In this document: piece by piece, positions 1 to 11,976 of the stretch
Numbering within the stretch: position 1 is the first letter of the stretch
Layout: the number at the start of each line of letters is the position of its first letter
Assembly: GCA_002269645.1 (NCBI GenBank)
Contig: NIVC01000020.1
Span: 1,485,500 to 1,549,499 of the forward strand
Length of the DNA stretch: 64,000 nucleotides
Direction: 5' to 3'
Source of the DNA: Macrostomum lignano
Lineage: Eukaryota
Translations under genes and position numbers: made by a program
The notes under the pieces: generated by a model
The model's input: the letters and a program-made list of their open reading frames with translations, nothing else
Told to the model about the DNA's origin: nothing
Databases searched by the model: none

Positions 1-191
1 AGGGCAGCCAGCCGCTGTTCTACGTGTACCACGTGATCATCCTGCTGCTGCTGCTGCTGTGCCTGGCCTACCACCGCTGCTTCGCCTTCCGGCTGGCCTC
101 CACAGCCGTTATCGAGGAAGATGAAGAGGATGTTCGGGAAGCAGCCGAGAGGCCTCTGATCGAAGGCGGCCAGCAGGCGGCCGGCAGATGA
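1..191 (+). CDS. 3' end of SLC15/POT-like transporter paralogue (copy 0, partial)
   Basis: The frame from base 3 reads GSQPLFYVYHVIILLLLLLCLAYHRCF...EDEEDVREAAERPLIEGGQQAAGR*, matching the KPLFFVYHLIA...YHK C-terminus of the six full copies. TGA at 189-191 is followed by AATAAA at ~205. Confidence 0.85.
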   Translation, partial: GSQPLFYVYHVIILLLLLLCLAYHRCFAFRLASTAVIEEDEEDVREAAERPLIEGGQQAAGR

Positions 192-360
192 TATCGGGAT
201 TTGCAATAAAAGCAAAAAATCCGAACTTTTTAATGAATTTTTCAACTCGTCTGACCTGTGCAATCAAACATTTATCTCACTTTAATAAGTATTTCATAGT
301 GTTTTAAATACATTCTCTCTCGTAAATTTCGATTCTCTTTTTCACTGGTTGAGTGAGAAC

Positions 361-460
361 TTGACTTACTTGACTTAGCTGAAGGAGGCGTTCGGCGGAT
401 GCAACGAGGAGGCGGAGGAGACCCCCCATTTCGCTAGCCCCTGGCGACCAATGACTTCCA
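361..460 (-). mobile_element. 100-bp 5'-truncated LINE 3' end (LOA-like family) with 12-bp TSD
   Basis: It starts with the same TTGACTTACTTGACTTAGCTG tail as the LINE at 25926 and shares CCCATT-CGCTAGCCCCTG. It is flanked by TTGAGTGAGAAC (349-360) and TTGAGCGAGAAC (461-472). Confidence 0.75.
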
Positions 461-1069
461 TTGAGCGAGAACATTCTCTAAGTGTTTTGATAATGTAGGT
501 GATTTTAGCATAAAGAAGCAGCATGGACTTGCGAATACAGACCCCACAGGTGGCCTGAGCATGGCCCCGTACAGCCTGCTGTTGTAGGCAGCCATAGGCC
601 TGACCGACAGCTTTGATCTGTCGCGGTAGTCACGACACAGCGATTGACACTCCTGCGGATGTCTGCACAGTGCGCTGAGGTCTTGGCCGTTCCTCAGCCC
701 ATCTGATGCCACCTCCGTGCGTTTGAACCGTTCATGATGTCGAGCCCTCTTGACTGAGCTGTTGCTGCTGCTGTTTCCACCATTTCTCAAAGCGCAGCAG
801 GATAGGAAATGCTCATCTCACAGCATCTTACAGCAAATATTTTTATAAAAATCTATTAAATTCCAGTAATTCACGTTTACTGCACTTTTAAAATTGCAAT
901 ATAGAAGTCAGTAATATTTCATTTTTTTCAGTTTGGTGTCGAAAATTAGGGCGGAAAAGTACCTGAATAACAAAAGAACGGTGCATCAATTGACATAAGG
1001 CTTTGAGCATTAATACTGGCATCTTTTGAGAAACACGAAGCATTATCCTGCTCGATGCCGAAAGCGAAG

Positions 1070-2494
1070 TCAGATCACGCCTTCTAACAAGTGTCTCTCC
1101 TCCGGATTCAGCCCAGGCTCTCTTGAATCATCATCATCTAACTGCTCGGATTCCGTGTCACAGGGCTCGGCGTCCGCGATCTGCACAGAAATCGGCAGCG
1201 TGACCAGCTTGTGATAGAAAAAGCAGGCAGTCAGCGACAGCACCGCAATCAGGTGGTAGATGAAGAACGGCGGTCTCGATCCAGTGTGGTATTCATTGAT
1301 TCCATTTACCATGCAAACCAGACCATGACTCACATAGTTGGCGAGTCCCCAGACTGTGAACATGACCCCGAGGATCAGGCACTGCGAGCTGTCTGGCAGA
1401 AGCGAGCACCCGAGGTCGTAGGCCGCGACCATGACCAGCAGCTCGGCAGCTCCGTCCAGAACGGACATTAGGGAGTACACGGCTACAGTTGCAGTTGGAG
1501 AGCTCAGTCCAACTAGGGTCACAATGATGAGGCAAACATCAACTGAGCACTTCAGTAGGATTCCAGTCAGAATTCGAGACTTTACGTCCAGCTTCCGTCG
1601 GCTCTTGACCGCAGCAATTATCATCGGCAGAGCCAGGACGTCAATACTGACGCATTTTATCCCGTTAGGTGCCAGCCATGTGTGCGCGACAGCATCCGCG
1701 GTCTCATTCATAAAGTACTTCATTTCTGATAGATAAACTTGCGATCGAGAGTCGCTCAGGAAGGTCATGAACAAAATTAGTGCAGAGAAAATTTGGAAGT
1801 ACTTCAACATCCTGCTTTTCGTGGGCAATTCGAACGGGTACTCTCGAAGCTCCGGCAGAAACGCAGTCAGCGTTAGGAAGGCGAGGCTCACGGCCACGAA
1901 CACGAGGGTGAAGCTGTGTCCGAGCACGCTGACGCACCCAAACTGCAGGAACGGCGAAGACACCAGCTCCCCGAAAGCTGCAACGGCACAATAGATTGTT
2001 GCGGTCACTGTGCACAGCCTGCTCCTTCTGTGCCAGCAGAACATGGCCATGAGAACGGACGGTTGAACGAGTCCAAAGAACACGGGTAGGAGCAGCCAGG
2101 TAATGATAACCACCGGCGAGTCCTGGCACATCAGGCCGAGAAACACCGACACGGACATCAGCACTGTCGACAGCAGCATCACTGCGCCACCAAGCTGGAG
2201 GACCCGCTTGCATCCGAACCAAGCACTGGACATGAAGCCTCCAACAATTGGCAGAATGTAGCGGGAAACGTAAATCCACTCCGTGATTCTGTCTGTTAGC
2301 CTGTCAGATGGACTGTCGGCCTGGCTACCATTAAAGTAGCAAGTTTCGCCTGCTGACATCATGCCATTGTTAGTAAAGTTACTGCTGCGGTGGAAGTGGG
2401 CTGGATTGAACGCTCTGAACTCCCGTTCGACGAGCTTGTTTAGTATCTTCATCTGGGCGGCCATGACAATGCTTAGCCCTGCTGTGGAGGTCAT
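1070..2494 (-). CDS. SLC15/POT (PTR2)-like MFS transporter, copy 1, intronless, 474 aa
   Basis: About 12 hydrophobic segments. YILPIVGGFMSSAWFG resembles the POT TM2 motif YxxPLLGGxxADxxLG, and GAAELL...YDLGCSLLPDSSQCLILGVMF resembles the TM10-11 motif GxxEIF...EFxYxxAPxSMxSxxxGLF. Confidence 0.8.
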   Translation of the reverse strand: MTSTAGLSIVMAAQMKILNKLVEREFRAFNPAHFHRSSNFTNNGMMSAGETCYFNGSQADSPSDRLTDRITEWIYVSRYILPIVGGFMSSAWFGCKRVLQLGGAVMLLSTVLMSVSVFLGLMCQDSPVVIITWLLLPVFFGLVQPSVLMAMFCWHRRSRLCTVTATIYCAVAAFGELVSSPFLQFGCVSVLGHSFTLVFVAVSLAFLTLTAFLPELREYPFELPTKSRMLKYFQIFSALILFMTFLSDSRSQVYLSEMKYFMNETADAVAHTWLAPNGIKCVSIDVLALPMIIAAVKSRRKLDVKSRILTGILLKCSVDVCLIIVTLVGLSSPTATVAVYSLMSVLDGAAELLVMVAAYDLGCSLLPDSSQCLILGVMFTVWGLANYVSHGLVCMVNGINEYHTGSRPPFFIYHLIAVLSLTACFFYHKLVTLPISVQIADAEPCDTESEQLDDDDSREPGLNPEERHLLEGVI

Positions 2495-3212
2495 TGCCGA
2501 TGATCAGCTTGAACTGAATCTGCAAGGAAGCAAGCGCAAAGAGAGCTTTAATTTACAGACCCTACTCTCGGTTGTATTTATGGGCACTCCACTGTATACC
2601 AGCCATTCCTTCCTGCGCTTCTCAAACTGGATTGAGCACGTCCAAGCAGCCTTCCAGCCTCTTGTCGAGTTCTATTGTGCCAAGCTGTGCAAAAACTGAG
2701 ATGAAACTGTATAGAAGCCCTAAAAACTTGCCCCCCCGCAACGCGTTTTTAGCGCAGTAGCATCCTTATTTTATACGAGTGTACTTCGTATATGTCTTCA
2801 TCGCCTCATCAGAAAGAGCTTGATGTATAATCAGTTTCCTCGCTCTTTGACAATGCAAGCGGGGTTGCTAAGAAGAGTTTTTTAGCAACTTCAGTGTCCC
2901 AGAGCGGCAAACTCGTCAAGTATTTACTCCTGCTGTTTACTCATTGCACAGTGTGTGGGATGGTTGCTCAACGAAATTAACCAAATTTCACTGTCAATCC
3001 TTCAATAAAAAAGCCGTCACAGCTAAAAAATTGCCAAAAAAAAGAAGTTGAAACTCTAGAAACAACTTCTCTTAGCAAACTTGAATGGGAAGTCCTATAA
3101 GGGACAAAAAAGCTTGTATGAAAGTGCAACATCAGGCATACTCGCAATTTAGCTTTTAAAATATTGCAGGTAGACGCAAGAATGGCTTCACAAACAAGGT
3201 AGCACGCAGGCC

Positions 3213-4640
3213 TTAGGGGCGATCAAGCAAAGGGCGCGTTTCTACATCAGAGTCCGCGTCATCCACGATCTGGTCGTGTTCGGCCGCGTCAATCTCATCT
3301 TCCTCGCTGAGGGCGGTCATGTGACTGGCAGTCGGCAGCGTGACGAACTTGTGATGGCAGAAGCAGCCGATCAGCATCACCAAGGCGATCAGGTGGTAAA
3401 CGAAAAACAGCGGCTTCGATCTTTTTCGCGATTTGTTGACGTCGACTAAAAGCCGAAAGAGTCCCCGACTGACAAAGTTCGAAACTCCTCTGACAGTGTA
3501 CATGACGCCGAGGATCAGGCACTGCGAGCTGTCTGGCAACAGCAGACACCCGAGGTCGTAGGCCGCAACCATGACCAGCAGCTCAGCAGCTCCGTCCAGA
3601 ACGGACATTGTCGAGTAAATGGCAAGTACTACTGTGACCGAGGCCGAATCGAATGAGGTGACAATGATGAGGCACAGTTCGATTGCACACTTCAACAGAA
3701 TTCCAGGCAGCATGCGAGACGGAGCAGCCAGCCTCCGCCTGCTTATGACAGCTGCAAGCATCAAAGGCAGGGACAGAACCAGAAAACTCGTGCACTTAAT
3801 AAACTCCGGGGACAGCCATCTCTGCTCCACGATACTAAGAGTTCCATTCAAAAGATAGTTCAATTCGGATTTGTAAACTGCAGGCCTTTCGTCACCCTCA
3901 AAGGCTAAAAATAGTATCAGCGCTGAAAAGATCTGGAAGTACTTGATCATCCGTCTAGTCGTTGGCAGTTGAAATGGCTCTTCCTCGCGGATTTCTGGCA
4001 TGAATGCCGTCAATGTAAGAAACGCGATGCTCACCACTATGAACACCAGAGTAAAATTGCGTCCAAGAGTGTGTTCTGATGCGAAATACCTGTACACAAA
4101 CGGCATGGATATCATCTCTCCAAGAATAGCAAATGCGTAGTACGTGGTAGTCATCACAGTGCACAGTTTATCTTTGCGGTGCCACCGAAATATAGCGAGC
4201 AGAATGTTGGGCTGGTTGAGTCCGTAGAACACTGGCAGGAGCAGCCACGTGATGATGATAACGGGCGAATCCTGGCACATCAAATCGAACTTCACAGAAA
4301 AAGCGAAAAGTACAGTCGACAGTAGCATTGCATTTCCTCCGAGCTGGAGGACTCTGACGCAGCCGAGCCAGGCGCTGGACACCAGCCCGCCCAGCACAGG
4401 CAGCAGGTATCTCCCGGTGTACAGCCATGACGTGGCCAAATGCATGGCTGTGGGCGCTCCAGCTAAACTGGCATCGAAGTAACACGTCTCTTTGGAGTTT
4501 GAGACTGCCGGACCATTGCTTGTGTGGTTCTTTCTATGAAAGTGGGCCGGATCCAACGTGCTGAATTCCAGTTCGACAAGTTTGCACATCAGCTTCATCA
4601 GGCAAGCCACGAAAATGCAGTGCCCAGCTCGGATTTGCAT
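3213..4640 (-). CDS. SLC15/POT-like transporter, copy 2, 475 aa
   Basis: Intact ORF collinear with copy 1 (YLLPVLGGLVSSAWLG, LMCQDSP, KYFQIFSAL, DGAAELL, KPLFFVYHL). Confidence 0.8.
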   Translation of the reverse strand: MQIRAGHCIFVACLMKLMCKLVELEFSTLDPAHFHRKNHTSNGPAVSNSKETCYFDASLAGAPTAMHLATSWLYTGRYLLPVLGGLVSSAWLGCVRVLQLGGNAMLLSTVLFAFSVKFDLMCQDSPVIIITWLLLPVFYGLNQPNILLAIFRWHRKDKLCTVMTTTYYAFAILGEMISMPFVYRYFASEHTLGRNFTLVFIVVSIAFLTLTAFMPEIREEEPFQLPTTRRMIKYFQIFSALILFLAFEGDERPAVYKSELNYLLNGTLSIVEQRWLSPEFIKCTSFLVLSLPLMLAAVISRRRLAAPSRMLPGILLKCAIELCLIIVTSFDSASVTVVLAIYSTMSVLDGAAELLVMVAAYDLGCLLLPDSSQCLILGVMYTVRGVSNFVSRGLFRLLVDVNKSRKRSKPLFFVYHLIALVMLIGCFCHHKFVTLPTASHMTALSEEDEIDAAEHDQIVDDADSDVETRPLLDRP

Positions 4641-5976
4641 GATTTCCTTCAGCAGAAAATGCTCTTACCGTGCTAGATGATGCTTCTAATACATTTTTGC
4701 GATGACGCATAAATCTATTTACTCACTTCAAGCCCGTCGCTGTGCCAATGTGTCGTACATGCACTCATTCTGCGCCTCGCGGGGACTGAAAACAGCCTTC
4801 TCTCTGTGCACTCCAGTTCCACTCACCAGTGCGCTTTAGACGCCCGTACGACCCTGAAATGCACAGGCCTCGAGGGACCAATTAGCGGTCCTCCTGCGTG
4901 TTTGCTGTGCATGAACCACTGTGCGCAAACGCTCTGCGGAAGCGTGCAGACACCCTCGGCCAGCCCACTGCGCATCTCGGGAATAAGTTATTAAGAGCCA
5001 GCATCAAAATGTGCATTATTCTATTATTCTTAATTACCATCTGAATAAATATTTTGACAAGCATTCGACAATTGCATACGGTGGTGTGACACAACTGGAA
5101 CTCTGGGGTAAACAGCATTTGGGAGCTGCGACCCACTCAGTGCCAGCACTGCACAGGCTGTACACCACGGAGCCCCCGGAACAACCCTCGGACGCGCCAC
5201 AATTGCAGCGTCTGTGCGCTTGGCTGTATTTGGCACAGTTGCGGCGAGCCGGGCGTACGCATGCATATGAACCAGAAATACCTATACGAAAATGCATACT
5301 TGCAGCTTCCAAGCGAGTGGCAAGTAGGTAAATGATTAGAATCACCCAGCCCAAACTAGAATATTTACATCTACACTGCCGATTAAATTTCGTTTCAGTT
5401 ACATTGGCCGATACAAAAATTCTGTGCAGACTGCGCGCTGACTTATGTGATGGAGGACTAGCCCTGCCCCCCCCCCCGTCACTCTGAAGTTGCCACGCTC
5501 GTGCGCTTGTAACCACCCGGTAAAATATTAGGGATTTACAGCGGCTTTGAATTTAAAGGACTCAAAGTTCGTTTGGAGAGATTTTTGCCAGACTAAATAT
5601 GATCCTTGGATGGATCTGTTGCCAGCCGGTTAATCAATAGAAATAGCGCAGTTTTACTTTTAGTAAGTTGCGGATAGATTGGGCTCAGATGATCAATATT
5701 CAAGCACATTAAATAATAAAAATACCATAGAACGAGCTAATTTAGCGAGCGAGGCGAATCAAGCACCCGGGGATGCTTTTATGACAGTTAAAGATCAAGG
5801 ACCACTAGCACACGATCTTTGAGTGTAGCGTCCTGATATACTGCTAGTGGTCCTTGTCAATGATTTGCATTGTTGTGGCTATAATAAATGTGAGATTAGG
5901 AAGTTGAGAAGAACAAAATATATTGTTGCGAAATGGGAGCTGCAACTGAGGTTGGATTTTCTGGAAAAATTGTGGG

Positions 5977-6289
5977 GACATGCTGGAGACATGCTGGAGA
6001 CATGCTGCAGACATGCTGCAGACATGCTGGAGACATGCTGGAGACATGCTGGAGACATGCTGGAGACATGCTGCAGACATGCTGCAGACATGCTGGAGAC
6101 ATGCTGCAGACATGCTGCAGACATGCTGGAGACATGCTGGAGACATGCTGGAGACATGCTGCAGACATGCTGCAGACATGCTGGAGACATGCTGGAGACA
6201 TGCTGGAGACATGCTGGAGACATGCTGCAGACATGCTGGAGACATGCTGCAGACATGCTGGAGACATGCTTTAGACATGCCGGAGACAT
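5977..6289. repeat. 11-bp minisatellite (GACATGCTG[G/C]A), ~28 copies
   Basis: Direct tandem units with no spacers. Confidence 0.97.
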
Positions 6290-6434
6290 TAGTCGAAGTT
6301 TTTTCAAGACAAAACCAACAGCTTTATTCTAACCAGTACCCATGAAAGAAAGCTTTTGAAATGCATACGACTATTTCCTCGTGAAGTGTCCAGAGAACCT
6401 GACAGCAGCACCAAATCCGAAACCAGATCCGAAA

Positions 6435-7868
6435 TCAGTCAAGTATACTCCGCAGTTCCGGGTTCGAGTTCTCATTATCAGGATCGTCTTCTAACTGTTC
6501 ATCGGCGGCCGCATCGAGCTCAGCCTCTTCGCTGAGTTCGGCCATCCGATCAGCCATCGGCAAGGTGACGAACTTCTGGTACAGAAAGCCAGCGGACAGC
6601 AGCAGCAGGGCAATGAGGTGGTAAACGAAGAACAACGGCTTAGATCCATTTTGGAAATTATTGAGCTGCTTTGAAATGCGAAGCAAGCCCGCACTGACAA
6701 AAATTGCGAGGCCCCATACAGTGAAAATGATGCCGAGAAGCAGGGCCTGTGCGTTGCCTGGCAACAGCAAGCACCCGAGATCGTAGGTCGCAACTGTCAC
6801 CAGCAGCTGGGCCACTCCGTTGAGAATAAACGTAATGATGTACACGCTAGCAGTTGTAGACGCGTGTGTCAGTCCGACTAAGGTCACAATAAGTAGAGAC
6901 AGCTCAATTGCACACTTCAGCAGGATTCCAGAAAGCATCCGAGGCGCCACGGGAAGTCTCCTACCGCTCATTGCTGCTATCAATATCAGGAGCGGTGCTG
7001 TGACAACGAGAGTGACATCTCTGACCCAGGAAGGCGAGAGCCAAGGACGTTCAGTAGTGTCGACCGTTTCCCGCATGAAGAAGCTCATTTCAGACAGGCT
7101 GATGGCCGAACGGGCGTCATTCAACACAGCAAAAATCGGAATAAGCGCTGAAAAGATTTGGAAGTACTTCATCAACCGCTGCTTGCTTGGCAATTCGAAC
7201 AGACCCTCCTCGGGTACTTGTGGAATGAAGGAAGCCAACAATTGGTAGGCGAGGCTTATTGCAACGAATGCCAGCGTGAAGTTTCTGAGAACGCTCGTCC
7301 TTGGGAAATGCTCGCAGACAAACGCCGCGGACACCAAATCGCCGATTGCGGCGATAGCGCAATAGGCTGCCGTCACTGCGGTGCACAGCCTGCCTCTTCT
7401 GTGCCAGCAAAACAATGCCATCAGAATATTCGGCTGGTTGAGTCCGTAGAACACTGGCAGGAGCAGCCATGTGATGATGGTGATGGGCGAGTCCTGGCAC
7501 ATCAGGCCGAGGTGCACAGACACGGCCAGGAGGACCGTCGAGAGCAGCATTACGGCGCCACCGATCTGAAGAACTCTGACGCAGCCGAGCCAGGCGCTGG
7601 ACACCAGCCCGCCGAGAACGGGAATCAGGTACCTGGCAGAGTACAGCCATGATGTCGTCAGCTGAATGCCTGTTGGTCGATCAGCCTTCCTGAGCTCATA
7701 ACTGCACAGCCCATCATAGTTTGCTTGTGCCGGGGCATTTTCACTGATGTTTTTCCAATAGAAATGCTCAGGGCTCAAAAAACTGAACTCAATTTCAACA
7801 AGCTTGAACAGAAGCTTCATCAGACTGGCAAGAAGTAAGCACCTCCAAGGTTGCGCGCTCATAGTCAT
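6435..7868 (-). CDS. SLC15/POT-like transporter, copy 3, 477 aa
   Basis: Intact ORF with the same motif series as copies 1 and 2. Confidence 0.8.
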   Translation of the reverse strand: MTMSAQPWRCLLLASLMKLLFKLVEIEFSFLSPEHFYWKNISENAPAQANYDGLCSYELRKADRPTGIQLTTSWLYSARYLIPVLGGLVSSAWLGCVRVLQIGGAVMLLSTVLLAVSVHLGLMCQDSPITIITWLLLPVFYGLNQPNILMALFCWHRRGRLCTAVTAAYCAIAAIGDLVSAAFVCEHFPRTSVLRNFTLAFVAISLAYQLLASFIPQVPEEGLFELPSKQRLMKYFQIFSALIPIFAVLNDARSAISLSEMSFFMRETVDTTERPWLSPSWVRDVTLVVTAPLLILIAAMSGRRLPVAPRMLSGILLKCAIELSLLIVTLVGLTHASTTASVYIITFILNGVAQLLVTVATYDLGCLLLPGNAQALLLGIIFTVWGLAIFVSAGLLRISKQLNNFQNGSKPLFFVYHLIALLLLSAGFLYQKFVTLPMADRMAELSEEAELDAAADEQLEDDPDNENSNPELRSILD

Positions 7869-8421
7869 ATTTTTACACCGTTTGAAGACAGCTTAAACCA
7901 TGGCGATGAACAAGACAGAGGCAATCAAAGCGGCAGTTGGCGAGCAGGAGGCGGCGTCAGCAAAATTGATTGCAGAGATGACGAGAGTGGCGAGAGAGCA
8001 AAGGCCACGCGGCGGCATAAATATGCAACCCCCACAGTTTACAACCCATTACTCCGCCCCGGGCGTACATAGGCAAGCCAGTGAACGGAGCAGAGTAATG
8101 CGCTCGTTGGCACACATTGAACGCCACCGTTTTGCACGTCCCTGGCGCGCTCTCTAAACTCTAAAAGCGATCAAAGCCAGTTATGAAATTGTTAAGCCCT
8201 TCTGCATGACTGAATGCACTGTTTGTTTACATATTTGTAGGTTCACAGATTCGACAATGAATGCAGAAGCTTCATAATCGTAATTCATAATCATAATCGA
8301 CCGTCTGCCCTGCTCTTGCTTGGCATTGGCTGGTCGCACTCTGACAGACTTCACTGCCTCGCCTGCAGCTCTTCAGTTTGTGCTTTCTACATCAAACAGT
8401 TTAATTCTACATCTACATCAA

Positions 8422-8546
8422 AGAGAATATTGAGCATACATAGAATGCCAACGTAGCTTTAAAAAGTGAAGGCGAACTCCCGAACGCGAAAATCGGCTTC
8501 ACTTTTTAAAGCTACGTTGGCATTCTATGTGTGCTCAATATTCTCT
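8422..8546. repeat. 125-bp hairpin: 50-bp inverted arms (1 mismatch), 25-bp loop
   Basis: AGAGAATATTGAGCATACATAGAATGCCAACGTAGCTTTAAAAAGTGAAG pairs with 8497-8546. Confidence 0.9.
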
Positions 8547-9062
8547 GTTATAAACTTTGAATTGCGATAGGATTTATATTTACTGTTTACTGTTGAATGG
8601 GGTTTAGCCATAAACAACTTCATACACTCTGGCCGCTTACCGGTCTCCGGTAGCATTTCATGAAAATTGCTTGATGAACTTGTGAGTGCCACCTCGGACA
8701 AAACAAATGAATTGTTTGTAAATTGTAAAAACATTGCAAGCTTTGCATCTCGCCAATGCATTTTGTAACGAGAAATATTTACACGACTTGCGAGTGCAGC
8801 ACCCTTCTGGTTGAGTTGTCCATGGAGAAATCCGTGCTTGAATAGACTATCATTTAATCAACTTTGCCTGTTCGCCTTGCCTATGTCCCTAGTGTTAAGC
8901 TCGCGGAGATTATTGGTAGCGTTAACTCCGCTACCATAGACAAACTTAAAATTGATAGTAAAACAAGAACACGTATATTTATTGAACGTTAAAACGGTAA
9001 ACAAGCGTTTAGTCAGTTATAGTTGTTTTAGTTCGTTAGTCTACAACTTTTTATTGCTATCA

Positions 9063-9787
9063 CTATTGCATCTTGTTTGTCGGGGAACTGAAATTGATCG
9101 TGGTTGGCCCGTAGAAGTTTAGTACAGGGGCGGACCATTGTTGACTTAGAGCCAAAGCCTGCGGTCCGGAAATATTGGAGTTGCCGTTGGCAATTGCTGT
9201 TTCAACCTCACTCACGCCGCTCGTTTTGGCTGCGGCAGTGAGCTCTCCATATAGTACTGCCGACATGTTCTTCTCTGACTTACGGACGTCGATTTAGGAC
9301 CTGTCAGCCTTTTCGGTAATCCTTCCAGTCTTCTGGCTTGCTATTTCCTTACTGATGCCGTCTTCCACCAACCTAGTCTTGCAGGTCCGACGCAGACTAC
9401 TGTTCGTGATAGGTTTGTTTGTAGGTGGAACTGGATACTGGCGACAAAACCTTTGATCGTGGCAGGCGGGTACATATCTCCGTTGTCCTTGCGCAGTTCA
9501 AGCAGAGAGCACTGCAGCACGTAGTCCCATTCCTTCTTGCTCCACTCGAACATATCCTTCACAACTTTCAACTGAGCAGTTTGGCGCACTCGCCAGTCAG
9601 TATACCAAGCGCACAGTTTATTCCAATTGCTACGAACCTTTGTGGCCGTTGTTTTTGGAATTCGCAAGTCTCTAAATTCGGCAAGCCGGACGTCAACGTT
9701 GGTGCTAGTGCTTTGCACTGTAGACGCTTCTTCATCGGTAATCGTTCGCATCACTTCCATTACATCGTCAGCGGTTAGCTCCTCCAT
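9063..9787 (-). mobile_element. Crypton-type tyrosine-recombinase transposon remnant, internally deleted
   Basis: IPKTTATK..WNKLCAW...ELRKDNGDMYPPATIKGFVASIQFHL resembles the Crypton/DUF3504 core-binding region. A shifted frame then reads KPITNSSLRRTCKTRLVEDGISKEIASQKTG (box II, cf. TNHSLRxTxxTRLxxxGVxExxIxxxTGH), followed by a typical tail (NFYGPTTINF). Weak inverted ends lie near 8853 and 9971. Confidence 0.65.
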
Positions 9788-10285
9788 TTTGGTAAAATTT
9801 GTGGCTTGTTTATTTCACAGCTTGCTTCTCTCTTCCTAAACCATCAGTCCTCTTTGATTTAGACTTAGTATTTTACCATAGACAATACAGGGAGCGGAGA
9901 CTTAAATCTCCGCCGGAGATTAACTCGTGCTAAATATAGATTGCCTCGAGGCTTACAGGCTGTTGATTAAATTAAAATAACCCACTGAAACTCTGAGATA
10001 CTCTATGGCAAAATCTCCTCGGCTTGCCTCGGAGATTCTGCATAGAGTATCTCCTCGTTTCAGTGGTTTATTACACATGGAAACTCTCTCAAATCGATGC
10101 AAGTTTGAGAGAGTTTAACAGTGCTCTGCGGAAGAATGAGCAAAGAAGTCACAAACCGACGAAGAAAGCAAAGGTAAGACTGAAGGTGAGACGAAAACTC
10201 CCAACCCAAGTTCCCAGTTTTTATGATCCCAGTTTCTAGGGAAACCATGCCGATTCACAATAAACCCTTGTTGTTACTAATAGTA

Positions 10286-11035
10286 CACCATTTTACCCTC
10301 GATTTTGAACAAGGAGAACTTCGAAACTTCGAAACTCCTCTTCAATATTGACACTCTATGGTCGGGCACTCAAAATCTACAATCAATATTGACAGATCAA
10401 GCTTCATTTTTGACAAACTCTGGTTCAATTTTGACAATGCACGTTTAGTCAACTTCTGGGAGAATTCGGTAACAAAGTAATCCAATGAAAGCCTGAATGG
10501 GGCTGAAGTGAGCTGTGCAAAATCAGCTTATTCTGACTTTGCTTTTTGCATCTAGTTGCTTCAAAACTGACACTCCATGGTTTGTGTACCCAAAAAGTCC
10601 GCTTCATTTTTGACAACTCCGAATCAATATTGAACAGTTACACAAACCATAGAGTGTCAGTTTTGAAGCAACTCTGTCAAAATAGAATCAGACTTTGCAG
10701 CCCAACCAGTCAGGCTATTTTAGTCTGTGTGTAAAGGATAGAGAAAAATAAATTTTATCAATACTTGTAGATCCAAAAAGCAAAGTCAGAATAAGCTGAT
10801 TTTGCACAGCTCACTTCAGCCCCGTTCAGGCTTTCATTGGATTACTTTGTTACCGAATTCTCCCAGAAGTTGACTAAACGTGCATTGTCAAAATTGAACC
10901 AGAGTTTGTCAAAAATGAAGCTTGATCTGTCAATATTGATTGTAGATTTTGAGTGCCCGACCAAGAGTGTCAATATTGAAGAGGAGTTTGTCAGTTTCGA
11001 AGTTCTCCTTGTTCAAAATTGAGGGTGAAATGGTG
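10286..11035. mobile_element. Foldback/MITE with ~263-bp TIRs and TA flanks
   Basis: 10286-10548 is the near-perfect reverse complement of 10774-11035. The ends read TA-CACCATTT...AAATGGTG-TA. Confidence 0.85.
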
Positions 11036-11976
11036 TAGTACCTGCTCAGCAGCTCTGCTCAGCAAAATTCAGTATATTGAAGGAAATGCGGGCATAAGCC
11101 GCTATCGTGAACCGAATTTCCAAATCGCGAGGTAAAGAGAGTCTTCCTTTGGTCTCGGAGTTCATCACTTTGCATAGTTAGCGAAGATTTCTGTCATAGA
11201 CATAAAATGAACCAATAGTCCATACACATCAAAATTAACTACTTCGAAGTAGCAGTTTATGAACGTGCCACGGAGAGTTTTAGCCTAATTTTACTTGCAG
11301 ACGTTTGCTGTGGTCGAAAAGTCTTGCTACCCTGGTACCACAGACAAAAAGCTCAATTACTTGGCGAGGTGCCGGGCGTGTTTTTATGTACTGCTCTGCA
11401 CCTGACTCACCTGAATCCAATATTGAGTAACTCTAACTAGCCAGCCAGCCTAACTAACCAAACCGGCCTACTCCGGTGTACGCTGCTCTGCGTACTTTCT
11501 CTCTCTCCCCCTTGACATGATAATATTCAGTAGTGTTTGATTCTGAGTTTTAAGCCCACTTACTTGTTTGTCTTGTAAGCCTATATATTGGTCTCGCCAC
11601 CTACCACCTCGTAACTCACTGTCATTGCAATATTTCGCTTGTCTCAAATACACAACCTCGTACTTGACTCAAACCAAGCCCACGGGCGGCCTTGTCATCG
11701 TTTACTGGGCGCGACTTGACACTTGGCGAACAAACTTTGGGTTAAATTCAATGCGTGCAGGCCCAAATATGGGCTGCAAAAAGCTATATTGGCTCTCTGT
11801 TCTTATTGCTGCACATATGCTAGGCACATTTATACAGAAATATGAAATTAATATATTGGGATCAAAGGGATCAAATTTCGTTTTACTATGCATGAACAAA
11901 ATACGCTCGTAGCCATGGTACTTGCAAACAAGCGCATTAAAGTCAGTTTCAGATTGCCTCATCATTCACTTCCATC

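Noticed and set aside
434-790. 118-aa ORF on the minus strand
   Set aside because: It has no recognisable motif and its end runs into the 100-bp LINE fragment.
5844-6345. Long ORFs over tandem arrays (also 11962-12381, 19980-20729, 38926-39447, 47576-48146, 54770-55549, 60900-61728)
   Set aside because: They are open only because the repeat units lack stop codons, several frames are open at once, and there is no gene context.
11424-11721. Possible solo LTR (TG...CA, TATA-like motif)
   Set aside because: There is no matching TSD, second copy or PBS in the window.
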